Positions 9,721 to 18,782 of a DNA stretch of 64,000 bases are shown one piece after another (within the stretch, counting starts at the first letter, position 1; each line of letters opens with the position of its first letter). The translations under genes were made by a program, and so were the position numbers. The stretch is from a virus (taxonomy: Duplodnaviria; Caudoviricetes), in IMG/VR virus record IMGVR_UViG_2974670102_000001, positions 128,001-192,000 of that record; one strand, written 5' to 3'. Under the pieces are notes generated by a model. That model did not search any database and was not told where the DNA came from. It was given only the letters and a program-made list of their open reading frames with translations.

Positions 9721-10637
9721 GCCACACAAATCAACCGTTTCACGGTAAAGTTTCAGAAGTACGCGTGATCGAGCATTCGCGCTCATCGAAGTCGGGCACT
9801 GACCTGATCACGTTCCAACTGAAGTACCCACGCTACATCCACGCTGAGTTCATGACCCATCGTGTATTCAGCCGCAACGCCAGCAGCAGTCGTGCGATCC
9901 CAGCCAAAAAGCTGATCGCACAAGTCCGCGAAGAGCCGGTGTTCTTTGCTCACGTTGGCAAGAACATCCCGGGCATGCAGGCAGTCGACGAAGTGCACGC
10001 CGACACGCTGTCCCAGTTCCAATCCGAATGGAAGGAACTGGCCAACATCACTGCCGACTACGTAGAGCGTTGGTCCAACGACTACGGCATCCACAAGCAG
10101 GTTGCGAACCGCGTGCTCGAAGCATTCACGAGCATCAGCGTCGTGGTAACGTCGAGCCAGTGGGACAACTTCTTCGAACTGCGCGACCACGCGGATGCGC
10201 AGCCTGAGATCAAGGACTTGGCCGGAACCATGCGTGCAGCGCTCGCTGCGTCGGTGCCGCGTATCCTCGATCCGAAGGTGCTGACGGACCCGCGTGCATG
10301 GCACTTGCCGTACGTGACAATGCAAGAGCGTCAAGCTCATCCGATCACCGAGTTGCTGGCAATGAGTGCAGCGCGTTGCGCCCGGGTCTCGTACTTGACG
10401 CACGACGGCATGAATCCGCTGCTGGCCAAGGACATCGAGTTGTACCGTCGACTGGTCGAGAGCAAGCCGCTGCACGCGTCACCGCTCGAACATCAGGCGA
10501 TTGCTACATCCTTTGACTATCCGTCGAAAAACTTGACGGGTGGCTGGATGCAGCACCGGACGCTGCTTGAAACTGCTGGCTCCATCGATCAGATGCACGA
10601 ACGCATGGGCTTTGCCCCGGCACCCGTTACGCAATAA
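9717..10637 (+). CDS. thyX: flavin-dependent thymidylate synthase
   Basis: RYIHAEFMTHRVFSRNASSSRAIP, HKQVANR, FFELR...AQPEI, SAARCARVSY, HASPLEH. Confidence 0.9.
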   Translation: MSHTNQPFHGKVSEVRVIEHSRSSKSGTDLITFQLKYPRYIHAEFMTHRVFSRNASSSRAIPAKKLIAQVREEPVFFAHVGKNIPGMQAVDEVHADTLSQFQSEWKELANITADYVERWSNDYGIHKQVANRVLEAFTSISVVVTSSQWDNFFELRDHADAQPEIKDLAGTMRAALAASVPRILDPKVLTDPRAWHLPYVTMQERQAHPITELLAMSAARCARVSYLTHDGMNPLLAKDIELYRRLVESKPLHASPLEHQAIATSFDYPSKNLTGGWMQHRTLLETAGSIDQMHERMGFAPAPVTQ

Positions 10638-10652
10638 GGGCCCGGCGCTACG

Positions 10653-10661
10653 TAATTTGAT
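10653..10661 (+). promoter_or_regulatory. class B motif variant TAATTTGAT
   Basis: Intergenic variant of CAATTTTA upstream of the SWIM/sigma genes. Confidence 0.4.
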
Positions 10662-10681
10662 TGGGTGAATAAGGAGGGCTT

Positions 10682-11353
10682 ATGCTCACACTACCCCAGA
10701 TTGCGCAGCGCACGAGTGCACGACGTAAAGAGAGCGCTAAGTACGTGAAGATCACGTACCAGAAGCGTGGGTGGGATAGCCTCGGACGTGGCTATGTCGC
10801 CTGCGCCTCTTACTCGACCAAAATCTGGGACCCGTATAAGCGGAAATATGTTCGCAACACGCGGGGCCCCGGTGGTAAGCCGAGACGGTACGTGACTGTT
10901 ATTGTTTTTCTTGACCCGAGGCTGCATGTTGCTGTATCATGTAGCTGCCCAGACTTCCGCTACCGCTGGGAAGTCGCGTTGAACCGGAAACAAGCCGCCG
11001 AGATCGAATACTCGAACGGGGAATTGCCGGTAATACGAAATCCGCGCATGACCACCTCGTCTTGTAAGCATTTGTTCAAGCTTTACGAGACGATCAAACC
11101 TCAGCTTCCGGCCCGTCGCGCAGGCGACGATACGCCGCCGATTGCACCGCCCCAGATCGGGGTCGCACCGTCTCAGCTACGGAAGGTCGAGGAAGCGCGT
11201 CGCGCGGCCCTGAAGAACGCGGTTAAACCCGTGGTGATCAAGGCTCCGACAAACGTGCAAAGGTCGGTCAAACCGGGCAAGAAGCAATCCACGCTGCCGC
11301 GCTCTGCCGTCGCGCCTATTGCGCAACGCATGAAGCAGAGAAGGAATAAGTGA
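10682..11353 (+). CDS. SWIM-type zinc-finger protein with basic tail
   Basis: SCSCPDFRY...NP...CKHL; AAGGAGG RBS. Confidence 0.7.
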   Translation: MLTLPQIAQRTSARRKESAKYVKITYQKRGWDSLGRGYVACASYSTKIWDPYKRKYVRNTRGPGGKPRRYVTVIVFLDPRLHVAVSCSCPDFRYRWEVALNRKQAAEIEYSNGELPVIRNPRMTTSSCKHLFKLYETIKPQLPARRAGDDTPPIAPPQIGVAPSQLRKVEEARRAALKNAVKPVVIKAPTNVQRSVKPGKKQSTLPRSAVAPIAQRMKQRRNK

Positions 11354-12321
11354 TGAAAAGTTATGAACACTCAGCCTCGTTCTCGAAGCTGAAAAACATC
11401 ACGGAGAGGATTAGCAAGAACCTGACGACGCTGGAATATCTCCACACGCTCGACATGTTCTTGTGGAAGGCGCTCGCGCCGATCCACGCGGAGTGTCCGT
11501 CGCTTTTCCAGAACTACGTGGCAAAGATTGTGGCACGGCAGACCCGCAAGGCGAGCCGACGCTTCACCTCGGACGACCGGACAAAGCTTCCGATTCACCT
11601 GTTCAACATGGTGACTACGAAGGACCCGAAGAAGGCACACGAGCACGCACGTGCCATGCACCTGAATCGCGGTCTCATGTTCGGTTTCATCGCCCTGTTC
11701 TTCAGGCGCGTTGAACAGTACGAGCACCTGCACACTGCTCTCGATCTCGATCCGATTGTTCGGAATTCGAAGATTTACGAGATCGAGCGCAGTATCGGCC
11801 TCCGTCCCGGGGCCGCGCTGTTCACGGCGGTGCAGGAGGCGCGCTTCTGGTACACGAAAGCCCGCAACTTCAAGAACATGATTCTTGAAAAATACACGCG
11901 ACTCGCGCTAATGCATGCGAAGACCACGTATAAGGACTTCAACCACCACGTACGTCTGGATGACGTTATCCAGATTTACATGATCGTTGTGTCCCGGGCA
12001 ATCGACCGCTGCGACGCGCGTCAGGGCGTGCTCACCACGTTCATCACGAACTGGTTCAAGAGCGCGCGGTCCGAGGTCGCTGAAATGGCCAAGGATCAGG
12101 GTGATCAGTCGTACGAAGCACTGGTCGAGGAAATGGGGGACGCGAGTTCGGAGATTCTGGGCTCGACGGACGGAGGTCTGGGTGACGACATGCACGACCA
12201 CATCGCGTATGTTGCCAAGCAGATCGACAAGCAAGGCTATGTCCGGGCCGCACTCCATATCCCCGAGCGGCTATCGAAAAAACAGCTTCAGATTCTTGAG
12301 GCATTCGTTCTGGAGGAATGA
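11350..12321 (+). CDS. phage sigma70-family factor (region 2 present, region 4.2 absent)
   Basis: LEKYTRLALMHAK...DDVIQ...RAIDRCDARQGVLTTFITNWFK aligns by eye with sigma70 region 2 (NLRLVxxIAK..DLIQ..KAVDKFD..G..FSTYAxWWI). Confidence 0.7.
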   Translation: MMKSYEHSASFSKLKNITERISKNLTTLEYLHTLDMFLWKALAPIHAECPSLFQNYVAKIVARQTRKASRRFTSDDRTKLPIHLFNMVTTKDPKKAHEHARAMHLNRGLMFGFIALFFRRVEQYEHLHTALDLDPIVRNSKIYEIERSIGLRPGAALFTAVQEARFWYTKARNFKNMILEKYTRLALMHAKTTYKDFNHHVRLDDVIQIYMIVVSRAIDRCDARQGVLTTFITNWFKSARSEVAEMAKDQGDQSYEALVEEMGDASSEILGSTDGGLGDDMHDHIAYVAKQIDKQGYVRAALHIPERLSKKQLQILEAFVLEE

Positions 12322-12322
12322 T

Positions 12323-12673
12323 TTGAGCAATCCGCTCGAACTGTCGGTGACGGCAATGAAATCGTTGCTTGCCGACTACGCGCTCCGTGCGAAGCAAGCT
12401 GAGGAAACCGCAGGACTGCTAATGGCCAAGACGCTGGATGAGGTCGGCCGCCTGCACCTGTTCCAGTTGCTTCAGCAGCACATCGAGGCACGGGCCCACG
12501 ACAGAGCAGTTCACCAGCAGGCCGTGATTCAAACCACGTGCTTAGCACTCGCAACTGCGCTGTCGCAGGACGACGAATCCCTGCGTGACGCAGTGATACG
12601 CATCCACAAGAACCTGTCGCTCGCGGCTGATGCTGCGATGCAAGTACCCATATCGGCCGACGCTAGTAAATAA
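12323..12673 (+). CDS. hypothetical helical protein
   Basis: TTG start after GGAGG; 3' part of the track ORF 11987..12673. Confidence 0.6.
   Translation: MSNPLELSVTAMKSLLADYALRAKQAEETAGLLMAKTLDEVGRLHLFQLLQQHIEARAHDRAVHQQAVIQTTCLALATALSQDDESLRDAVIRIHKNLSLAADAAMQVPISADASK
12664..12672 (+). promoter_or_regulatory. class A motif TAGTAAATA
   Basis: Exact copy upstream of the SSB-like gene. Confidence 0.6.
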
Positions 12674-12720
12674 GGTCAGCAGTAGCAACAGCAACCAACC
12701 AATCGCAAGAAGGAAGAAGT

Positions 12721-14256
12721 ATGGCACGCCAAAAGGGCACCGATTTCGACAACATCAACACCAACGGCAACAAACGTGACAAAGTGAAGGTCACGGACGT
12801 GGTGACCCTGTTCAAGTTCCCGGAAAAGAAGTGGGTGACTCTGCGCCTGTACGGTGACATCCACTCGTACGCAACCGCGTGGGTGAAGACGAAGACGAAG
12901 GACGGCAAGTCCACGAAGTTCCCGATCGATCTTCCGTCGTACGACCCGACGACCCAGACGTTCGACAGCACGAAGTACGACCCGTGGTACGAGTTCTCGC
13001 AACAAGAGCGCGACAACAACGTCGAGCGTGACGACCAGATGATTCAGGTCGGCCGCAAGTTCTACATGAACGCGCTGCTGCGTCACCTCCAGAAGCAACA
13101 ACCGAGCACGAAGATTCGTCCGACGAGCACCGAGAAGGAAACGGGCTTCAAGGACAAGGACAGCGACACGTGGACGCCGTGGCAAGTTCTGGCGCTGAGC
13201 CCGGGCCTGATCGGCAAGATTCGCGAACTGAAGGGTCTCAACACCGTGACCTCGAAGAAGACGGGTGCCACGAAGACGTACAACGTGTCGGACGAGAAGT
13301 TCGGTCGCGACATCCGTATCCTGTACGATTCGACGAAATCGCCGGGTGACCAGTACCAAGTGGTGCCGGGTGATTCGCGCACTCCGATGACGGAAGAAGA
13401 ACTCTCGTTCCTGCGCTGGGACACGTCGGCTCTCGCATCGGAACCGCCGAGCGACGAGGAAACGAAGAAGGAATTCGAGTCGTGGGCCAAGCGCAACGGC
13501 ATCAAGCTGAAGTCGGGCAAGCGCCGTGACGAAGAGGACATCGACGAGGACGAAGACGAGTCCCCGAAGAAGGGCAAGTCGAAGAAGACGACGACCTCGA
13601 AGAAGAAGCAAGTCGAAGAAGACGACGAGGACGATGAAGACCTCGACGGTGACGACGATGGCCTCGACGAGGACGAAGACGACGAACCGGCTCCGAAGAA
13701 GGGCAAGAAGGCCCCGGCCAAGGGCAAGAAGGTCGTCGAAGAAGACGACGATGACGACCTCGACGAAGACGAAGACGAAGACGAAGACGAGGATGACGAA
13801 CCGGCCCCGAAGAAGGGCAAGAAGGCGGCTCCTGCCAAGGGCAAGAAGAAGCAGGTCGACGAAGACGACGAGGACGAAGACGACGAAGACCTCGATGACG
13901 ACGAAGACGACGAACCTGCACCCAAGAAAGGCAAGGCAGTGAAGGGCAAGAAGAAGCCGGTCGAAGAAGACGACGAAGACGAGGACGATGACGACCTCGA
14001 CGAAGACGAGGACGAAGACGACGAGCCCGCGCCGAAGAAGAGCAAGAAGGCTGCACCGAAGGGCAAGAAGAAGCCTGTCGAGGACGACGAAGACGAGGAT
14101 GAAGACGAAGACCTCGACGACGATGAAGACGACGAGGACGAAGAACCGGCCCCGAAGAAGAGCAAGAAGCCTGCTGCGAAGAAGGTGGCAAAGAAGACCA
14201 GCAAGAAGAAGCCGGTCGAAGAAGACGAGGACGACGAAGACGACCTCGACGACTAA
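12721..14256 (+). CDS. probable single-stranded DNA-binding protein (gp32-like) with long acidic/basic repeat tail
   Basis: N-terminal domain with LRLYG, KFYMNALLR and DEKFGRDIRI; acidic C-terminus; directly upstream of recA. Confidence 0.55.
   Translation: MARQKGTDFDNINTNGNKRDKVKVTDVVTLFKFPEKKWVTLRLYGDIHSYATAWVKTKTKDGKSTKFPIDLPSYDPTTQTFDSTKYDPWYEFSQQERDNNVERDDQMIQVGRKFYMNALLRHLQKQQPSTKIRPTSTEKETGFKDKDSDTWTPWQVLALSPGLIGKIRELKGLNTVTSKKTGATKTYNVSDEKFGRDIRILYDSTKSPGDQYQVVPGDSRTPMTEEELSFLRWDTSALASEPPSDEETKKEFESWAKRNGIKLKSGKRRDEEDIDEDEDESPKKGKSKKTTTSKKKQVEEDDEDDEDLDGDDDGLDEDEDDEPAPKKGKKAPAKGKKVVEEDDDDDLDEDEDEDEDEDDEPAPKKGKKAAPAKGKKKQVDEDDEDEDDEDLDDDEDDEPAPKKGKAVKGKKKPVEEDDEDEDDDDLDEDEDEDDEPAPKKSKKAAPKGKKKPVEDDEDEDEDEDLDDDEDDEDEEPAPKKSKKPAAKKVAKKTSKKKPVEEDEDDEDDLDD
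13525..14253 (+). repeat. coding tandem repeat: 7 D/E blocks alternating with 6 K/A/P/G blocks (about 35-45 aa per unit)
   Basis: GAAGAC/GACGAG runs; EPAPKK(G/S)K recurs five times. Confidence 0.9.
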
Positions 14257-14269
14257 GCCAGCGTCGACG

Positions 14270-14278
14270 TAGTAAATA
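14270..14278 (+). promoter_or_regulatory. class A motif TAGTAAATA
   Basis: Exact copy between the SSB-like gene and recA. Confidence 0.6.
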
Positions 14279-14287
14279 AAGTAGGAC

Positions 14288-14323
14288 AGAGCCCGGTAGG
14301 CAGAAGTCTATCGGGCTCTTTTT
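14288..14323 (+). terminator. intrinsic terminator-like hairpin
   Basis: AGAGCCCGGTAGGC-agaa-GTCTATCGGGCTCT then TTTT. Confidence 0.7.
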
Positions 14324-14350
14324 GTTTCCTAATAACCGGAACATAGCTAC

Positions 14351-15847
14351 ATGGCAACGAAAAAGGCAGCAGCACCGGCAGCAAAGAAGGCGGCACCCAA
14401 GAAGGCACCGGCCGCTAAAAAGACGGCCGTGAAAGACGAAGTACTCGCGGAAATCGAAGCCGCGACCAAGACACCGAAGTTCGACGTGCGTTCGTTCTAT
14501 CGTGGAACCATTGACGACGTGAGCCGTCGTCAGGGCGTTGAGGCCGATCCCATGGAGGACATCAAGCCGCTGAGCACTGGCCTGCTGATGCTGGACCTGC
14601 TGTACGGCGGTGGTATCCGACCAGCGATGTACACGCACGCTGGCGACGAACAGACGGCAAAGACGACGCTGGCACTGATGGTCATGGTCAACGCAGTCAA
14701 CAAGAACGTGCCGCTGATCGCGTTCTGGGACTACGAGGGCTCGACGAAGAACTCGAAACCGTATCTCGCATCGATCCTGCGTTCGATGGGTGCCAAGGTC
14801 GGCATTCGAGACGTGTTCGGCAAGAAAGACAAGGAAACGGGCCAGTGGCTCGTGCATCCGGTCGTTCAGTACTACCCAGAAACCATTGGCGAGAAGTTCT
14901 TCTCGTGGATGGCCGCAATCCAAAAGCAGTACCCGGACAAGCGTCTGGTGGCCGGTAAGTGGTGGCTGATTTACGACGACAACAAAGCCAACAAAGCCAT
15001 GATCGGTGACGCACACGATCCGAAGATGGCCAAGAAATACGGAAAGGGCCTGTGGGTCGAAGCCCCGGACGGCAACCTTCAGGGTGTGGTCATCGTCGAC
15101 TCGTACCCGGCAATGAACCCGGAGTCGAACGACGACGAGGACGCAGACAACTCGTTGGGCGTCCACGCGCGATTCTTCGCCAAGCACCTTCCGCGCGTGA
15201 AGGGCCGCATGGGCAAGAAGATGATTGCACTGCTCGGCATGAACCAGCTTTCGGATATTCCGATGGCCATGTACGGGCCGAAGCAACAAGAGTCGTGCGG
15301 CAAGAAGCTGCGCTACTACTCGGATGTCCGAATCTGGAACACGAAGCGTGGCTCCGGCATGCCGTTCAACGCAGTCTTCGACAAGGAAGAAGGCACCGAA
15401 CTCGAAAAGAGCGTGACGGGCAAGGGCAACGACTCGTATCGGTATATCCAGACGAAGACGGTCAAGAACAAGCTGTGGACGCCGGGCCGGAAAGCGTGGT
15501 TCCGCATCTGGGTTGCAGACGCCGAAGGCAACGGCTGCGGTCTCGACCCGTTCTTCGACACGATCATGTATCTGAAGGAGACGGGACAGCTTGTCGGTAA
15601 CGACCGCAAGCGCCTGACCCTGAAGCTTGACGGCCTCGATCCGATCCACAAGCCCACGTGGATGGAACTCAAGACGTGGGTGCTCGGGACCAAGGAACAG
15701 AAGGTCGAAATCTGCAAGAAGTTCAAGATCGCGAAGCCGTTCTGTCTGCGTGCATGGTGCTTCAAGCAGAGCGAATCGGGTAAGGGCGAAACGCTCTACG
15801 TCGAGCAGAAGGGTGAGAAGAAGGTCAGCGAGGAATCGGAGGACTAA
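14351..15847 (+). CDS. recA: RecA/UvsX-like recombinase
   Basis: LSTGLLMLDLLYGGG, Walker A variant GDEQTAKTT, FWDYEG, Walker B VIVDS, NQL, KKLRYYSDVRI, KTVKNK. Confidence 0.85.
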   Translation: MATKKAAAPAAKKAAPKKAPAAKKTAVKDEVLAEIEAATKTPKFDVRSFYRGTIDDVSRRQGVEADPMEDIKPLSTGLLMLDLLYGGGIRPAMYTHAGDEQTAKTTLALMVMVNAVNKNVPLIAFWDYEGSTKNSKPYLASILRSMGAKVGIRDVFGKKDKETGQWLVHPVVQYYPETIGEKFFSWMAAIQKQYPDKRLVAGKWWLIYDDNKANKAMIGDAHDPKMAKKYGKGLWVEAPDGNLQGVVIVDSYPAMNPESNDDEDADNSLGVHARFFAKHLPRVKGRMGKKMIALLGMNQLSDIPMAMYGPKQQESCGKKLRYYSDVRIWNTKRGSGMPFNAVFDKEEGTELEKSVTGKGNDSYRYIQTKTVKNKLWTPGRKAWFRIWVADAEGNGCGLDPFFDTIMYLKETGQLVGNDRKRLTLKLDGLDPIHKPTWMELKTWVLGTKEQKVEICKKFKIAKPFCLRAWCFKQSESGKGETLYVEQKGEKKVSEESED

Positions 15848-16545
15848 TGGGATACAATCCGCTCGTGCTCTCCACACGTGAAGAGCAAGAACAGGCGGAT
15901 GACTTCCTGATGTCCCTGACGCAATTGGCACGGACTACTACCAATCCGCAAGGTAGTTCTCCTATGCAAGAGATTGAGCGGAGACTAGCCGAGGCGCAGG
16001 CCCCGGAACAAAACGCGAGCGCTCCGGCCCCCCAGCGGGTACGACGTTCGCGTTTTTTCTATTCTCCGACCAAGAGCTTCAAGGAGGCCGTAGACGATGC
16101 TAAGGGGATTTCTGAACCGAAGTCATTGCCTGTTGAAAATGGTGAGATAAACGACCGGGCCGAGGCGTACGCGCGTGAACTCCCTGTCGCGCTCTCGGAC
16201 AAGATCGCGGTTATACGCGAGTACCTGTTGAACGAGTGGGCACCGTCTGCGTTTGCGACGAGCGCGGCCACCGCACAGTTCATGGATGTTGCGCAACGTA
16301 CACTTGGGACTGCCATCGACACGCAGCCCATGATGAAGCTGCAACTCATGGTCGACAAGGCACTCACCGTCAAGATGGCTGAGTTCGTAGCCCAGTTCAT
16401 GAATCTGGACCCTTCGCAGGCACCGGCACTAGCAGATCACGTGGCCCCCAAGAAGGAGGCCATCATCATCCATCCACATGACGACGAGCGCCGTCAGCGG
16501 CAGCGTCCAGCACCACGCAGAGAACGAGAAGATGAAGAAGATTGA
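15847..16545 (+). CDS. hypothetical protein
   Basis: TAATG-coupled ORF with GGAGG RBS. Confidence 0.7.
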   Translation: MGYNPLVLSTREEQEQADDFLMSLTQLARTTTNPQGSSPMQEIERRLAEAQAPEQNASAPAPQRVRRSRFFYSPTKSFKEAVDDAKGISEPKSLPVENGEINDRAEAYARELPVALSDKIAVIREYLLNEWAPSAFATSAATAQFMDVAQRTLGTAIDTQPMMKLQLMVDKALTVKMAEFVAQFMNLDPSQAPALADHVAPKKEAIIIHPHDDERRQRQRPAPRREREDEED

Positions 16546-18736
16546 CTATTCGAAGGTGACCGGCGTAGCTGATCATCTTGCGGAACTTGCCGAGTCGGGT
16601 GATTACAATCTGTTTCCCGGCCTCCTTTCGGACTCCGAAATGGAAGAGATTCAGCGTCGACGCGTGAAGGCAAAGCCGAAGGGCAAAGTCGCCACCGTGC
16701 GCGAAGACGAGTACATCATCAAGGGTGGCGGTGTCAGCGACGATGGTGAGGTCGTCGACGACTTTGACATCGCACGCTACATGGCAGAGGCCGAGGACAA
16801 GGAAACGGGCGTCCTGCACGATCTGAAGATCGATACGCGCGACATGCGCGCTGCCAAGAACTTCTACGACTACGCATTCAACATGCAGTCGGCAAAGGCA
16901 AACCCTCCGTGGTCGCGCCAGATGTGGGTTGGCCTGATGCTATTCGGTGAGGTGTGTCCACGCTGTTCGGATCACGACTGGCTAGACATTCACAACGTTC
17001 CGGTCGACTTCAAGGCCAAGGACATGCCGGATCGCCTACAGTTGCTGGAGTTCGGAAAGTGCCCGCGTTGCGGCTCCGACAAGTGGGACCTGATTCAAAA
17101 CCACGGACTCCGAAACTACATGCAGTACGTGGGCGTGATCGGGCAGCGGGGCTCGAAGTCGTCGCTCACCGCACTCCTGTCCTCGTACTCGCTGCATCGG
17201 TTTGTCAAGTTCCCGAACTACGCATCGCTGTCGAAGTCGATGCAGGCGTCGACCGAGTTGACCGGCACGTTCGTATCGCTGACGTTTGCCAAGGCCGTTG
17301 GTGTTCTGTGGACTCCGTTCAAGAAGATCATCGAAGAGAGCGACTGGTGGAAGGGATTGTTCGATATCCTGAAGCATCACGGTAACCAGATGGGCACCGA
17401 GTTGTACACGATGTCGAGCCTGTACCTGACGCTAGGCTACAAGAACATACGATTCTACCCAAGCGGCCCGAAGTCGAGCACGCTGCGGGGGGACACGCGG
17501 ATTCTTGCGGCACTGGACGAATTGGGTCTGTTCCCGCTTCCGACAGGAGATAGTGAGGAAGACGAAACAAGTGAACGTGCAAACTCGGACGAGGCGCACA
17601 AGTCGCTGTACAACAGTCTCGGTACTGTTTCGGTCACCTACGAAAACCTGCTGAAGGAAGGCGTATCCAGCGCACCGCCACCTCTGCTCTTCAACGTGTC
17701 GTCGCCGTACTCGCAGCGCGACAAGATGATGCGGCTGCTTCGGGAGGCGCGGACGCCGGACGGTGAGAAGGTGATGCTTGGCGTCAACCTCGCGACGTGG
17801 GAAATGAACCCGTTCTACACGCGAAACTCCCAGATCATCGCACAGGCGTACGCAGCCAACCCCGAAAAGGCGGCTCGTGACTGGGGTGCAAGTCCTCCGG
17901 CCGTACACTCGCGATTCATCCATCCGGATACTGTGGGCGAAGGTGTGTTTGTTGGCGGTCCTAACGCTCACAACTTCATCTACCAATTCGACAAGCCGGG
18001 TGAGGTGTATGGGCGCATCGAGCGGGTACGCGGTAACCAGTGGCCGAGCATCATCGCTATCGACGCAGGTTCCTCGAACAACTCGTTCTGTATCGCGGCC
18101 GTGCACTACAACTTCGAGACCGGGAAGACGGTGGTCGGAACCGCACTCGAATGTATTCCGATGAACGGGAAGAAGGTAAACTTCAACCTGCTGTACCTGA
18201 ACGTGATCCTGAAACTGGCGCGCGAAACGAATGCGGTTGGCATGGTGGCCGACCAATGGCAGTCGATTGATCTGTTGCAGCGTATCCGCGAGGACATGGG
18301 CCTGAATCCGCTCGGGAAACCCCGGTGCTTGCCTCGTCAGTACTCGCCACGTCGTAAGGACTTCGATGCATGTCGCGCGATGCTCACGTCGAAGAACCTG
18401 ATTCTTCCGACAATCACCGAGTCTGATCGGGATCGGATTGTGGCGGGCGGTATCGACGATTACCGCTCTGAATTCATGAACCGTCCGGTTCCCCACATTC
18501 TGCACCAGATGATCACGGTGCGCGATGTGGGCCCCGAAAAGTGCCCGGAAAAGGGCGAAGGCTACACCGACGACATGTTCCGGGCCATCGTTTTGGGCTC
18601 TACCATCGTCCACCATCCGAGAGTGATGGAGCGTCTGGCAGAAGCGCGGAACTTCAACTACGGCGGCGACAACGGAAACCGTATGCCGGAACCCGGATTT
18701 GCTGGTCGCTCGGGTGGCTTCGGGGCACGTCGATAA
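16532..18736 (+). CDS. terminase large subunit
   Basis: Walker A-like GQRGSKS, Walker B LAALDE, coupling motif VSSP, nuclease IAIDAG, ADQWQS, terminal DD; portal gene nearby. Confidence 0.85.
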   Translation: MKKIDYSKVTGVADHLAELAESGDYNLFPGLLSDSEMEEIQRRRVKAKPKGKVATVREDEYIIKGGGVSDDGEVVDDFDIARYMAEAEDKETGVLHDLKIDTRDMRAAKNFYDYAFNMQSAKANPPWSRQMWVGLMLFGEVCPRCSDHDWLDIHNVPVDFKAKDMPDRLQLLEFGKCPRCGSDKWDLIQNHGLRNYMQYVGVIGQRGSKSSLTALLSSYSLHRFVKFPNYASLSKSMQASTELTGTFVSLTFAKAVGVLWTPFKKIIEESDWWKGLFDILKHHGNQMGTELYTMSSLYLTLGYKNIRFYPSGPKSSTLRGDTRILAALDELGLFPLPTGDSEEDETSERANSDEAHKSLYNSLGTVSVTYENLLKEGVSSAPPPLLFNVSSPYSQRDKMMRLLREARTPDGEKVMLGVNLATWEMNPFYTRNSQIIAQAYAANPEKAARDWGASPPAVHSRFIHPDTVGEGVFVGGPNAHNFIYQFDKPGEVYGRIERVRGNQWPSIIAIDAGSSNNSFCIAAVHYNFETGKTVVGTALECIPMNGKKVNFNLLYLNVILKLARETNAVGMVADQWQSIDLLQRIREDMGLNPLGKPRCLPRQYSPRRKDFDACRAMLTSKNLILPTITESDRDRIVAGGIDDYRSEFMNRPVPHILHQMITVRDVGPEKCPEKGEGYTDDMFRAIVLGSTIVHHPRVMERLAEARNFNYGGDNGNRMPEPGFAGRSGGFGARR

Positions 18737-18749
18737 GCGGTTAAATCCT

Positions 18750-18758
18750 CAATTTTAG
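18750..18758 (+). promoter_or_regulatory. class B motif CAATTTTAG
   Basis: Intergenic; shares the 13-mer CAATTTTAGTGTA with the minus-strand copy at 46570-46582. Confidence 0.6.
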
Positions 18759-18782
18759 TGTACCAATTATTGAGGATTGCGT

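Noticed and set aside
13525-14253. Repeats that might be a CRISPR array or satellite
   Set aside because: In-frame, degenerate coding repeats with no constant repeat and unique spacer pattern
13083-15931. Long antisense ORFs (373-aa poly-Ser; 809 aa)
   Set aside because: Mirror images of the GAC/GAA-rich SSB tail and of recA codon bias; no motifs or RBS
1-18736. Inteins in polymerase, RecA or terminase
   Set aside because: The insertions are short and lack C/S-start, HN-end and LAGLIDADG motifs
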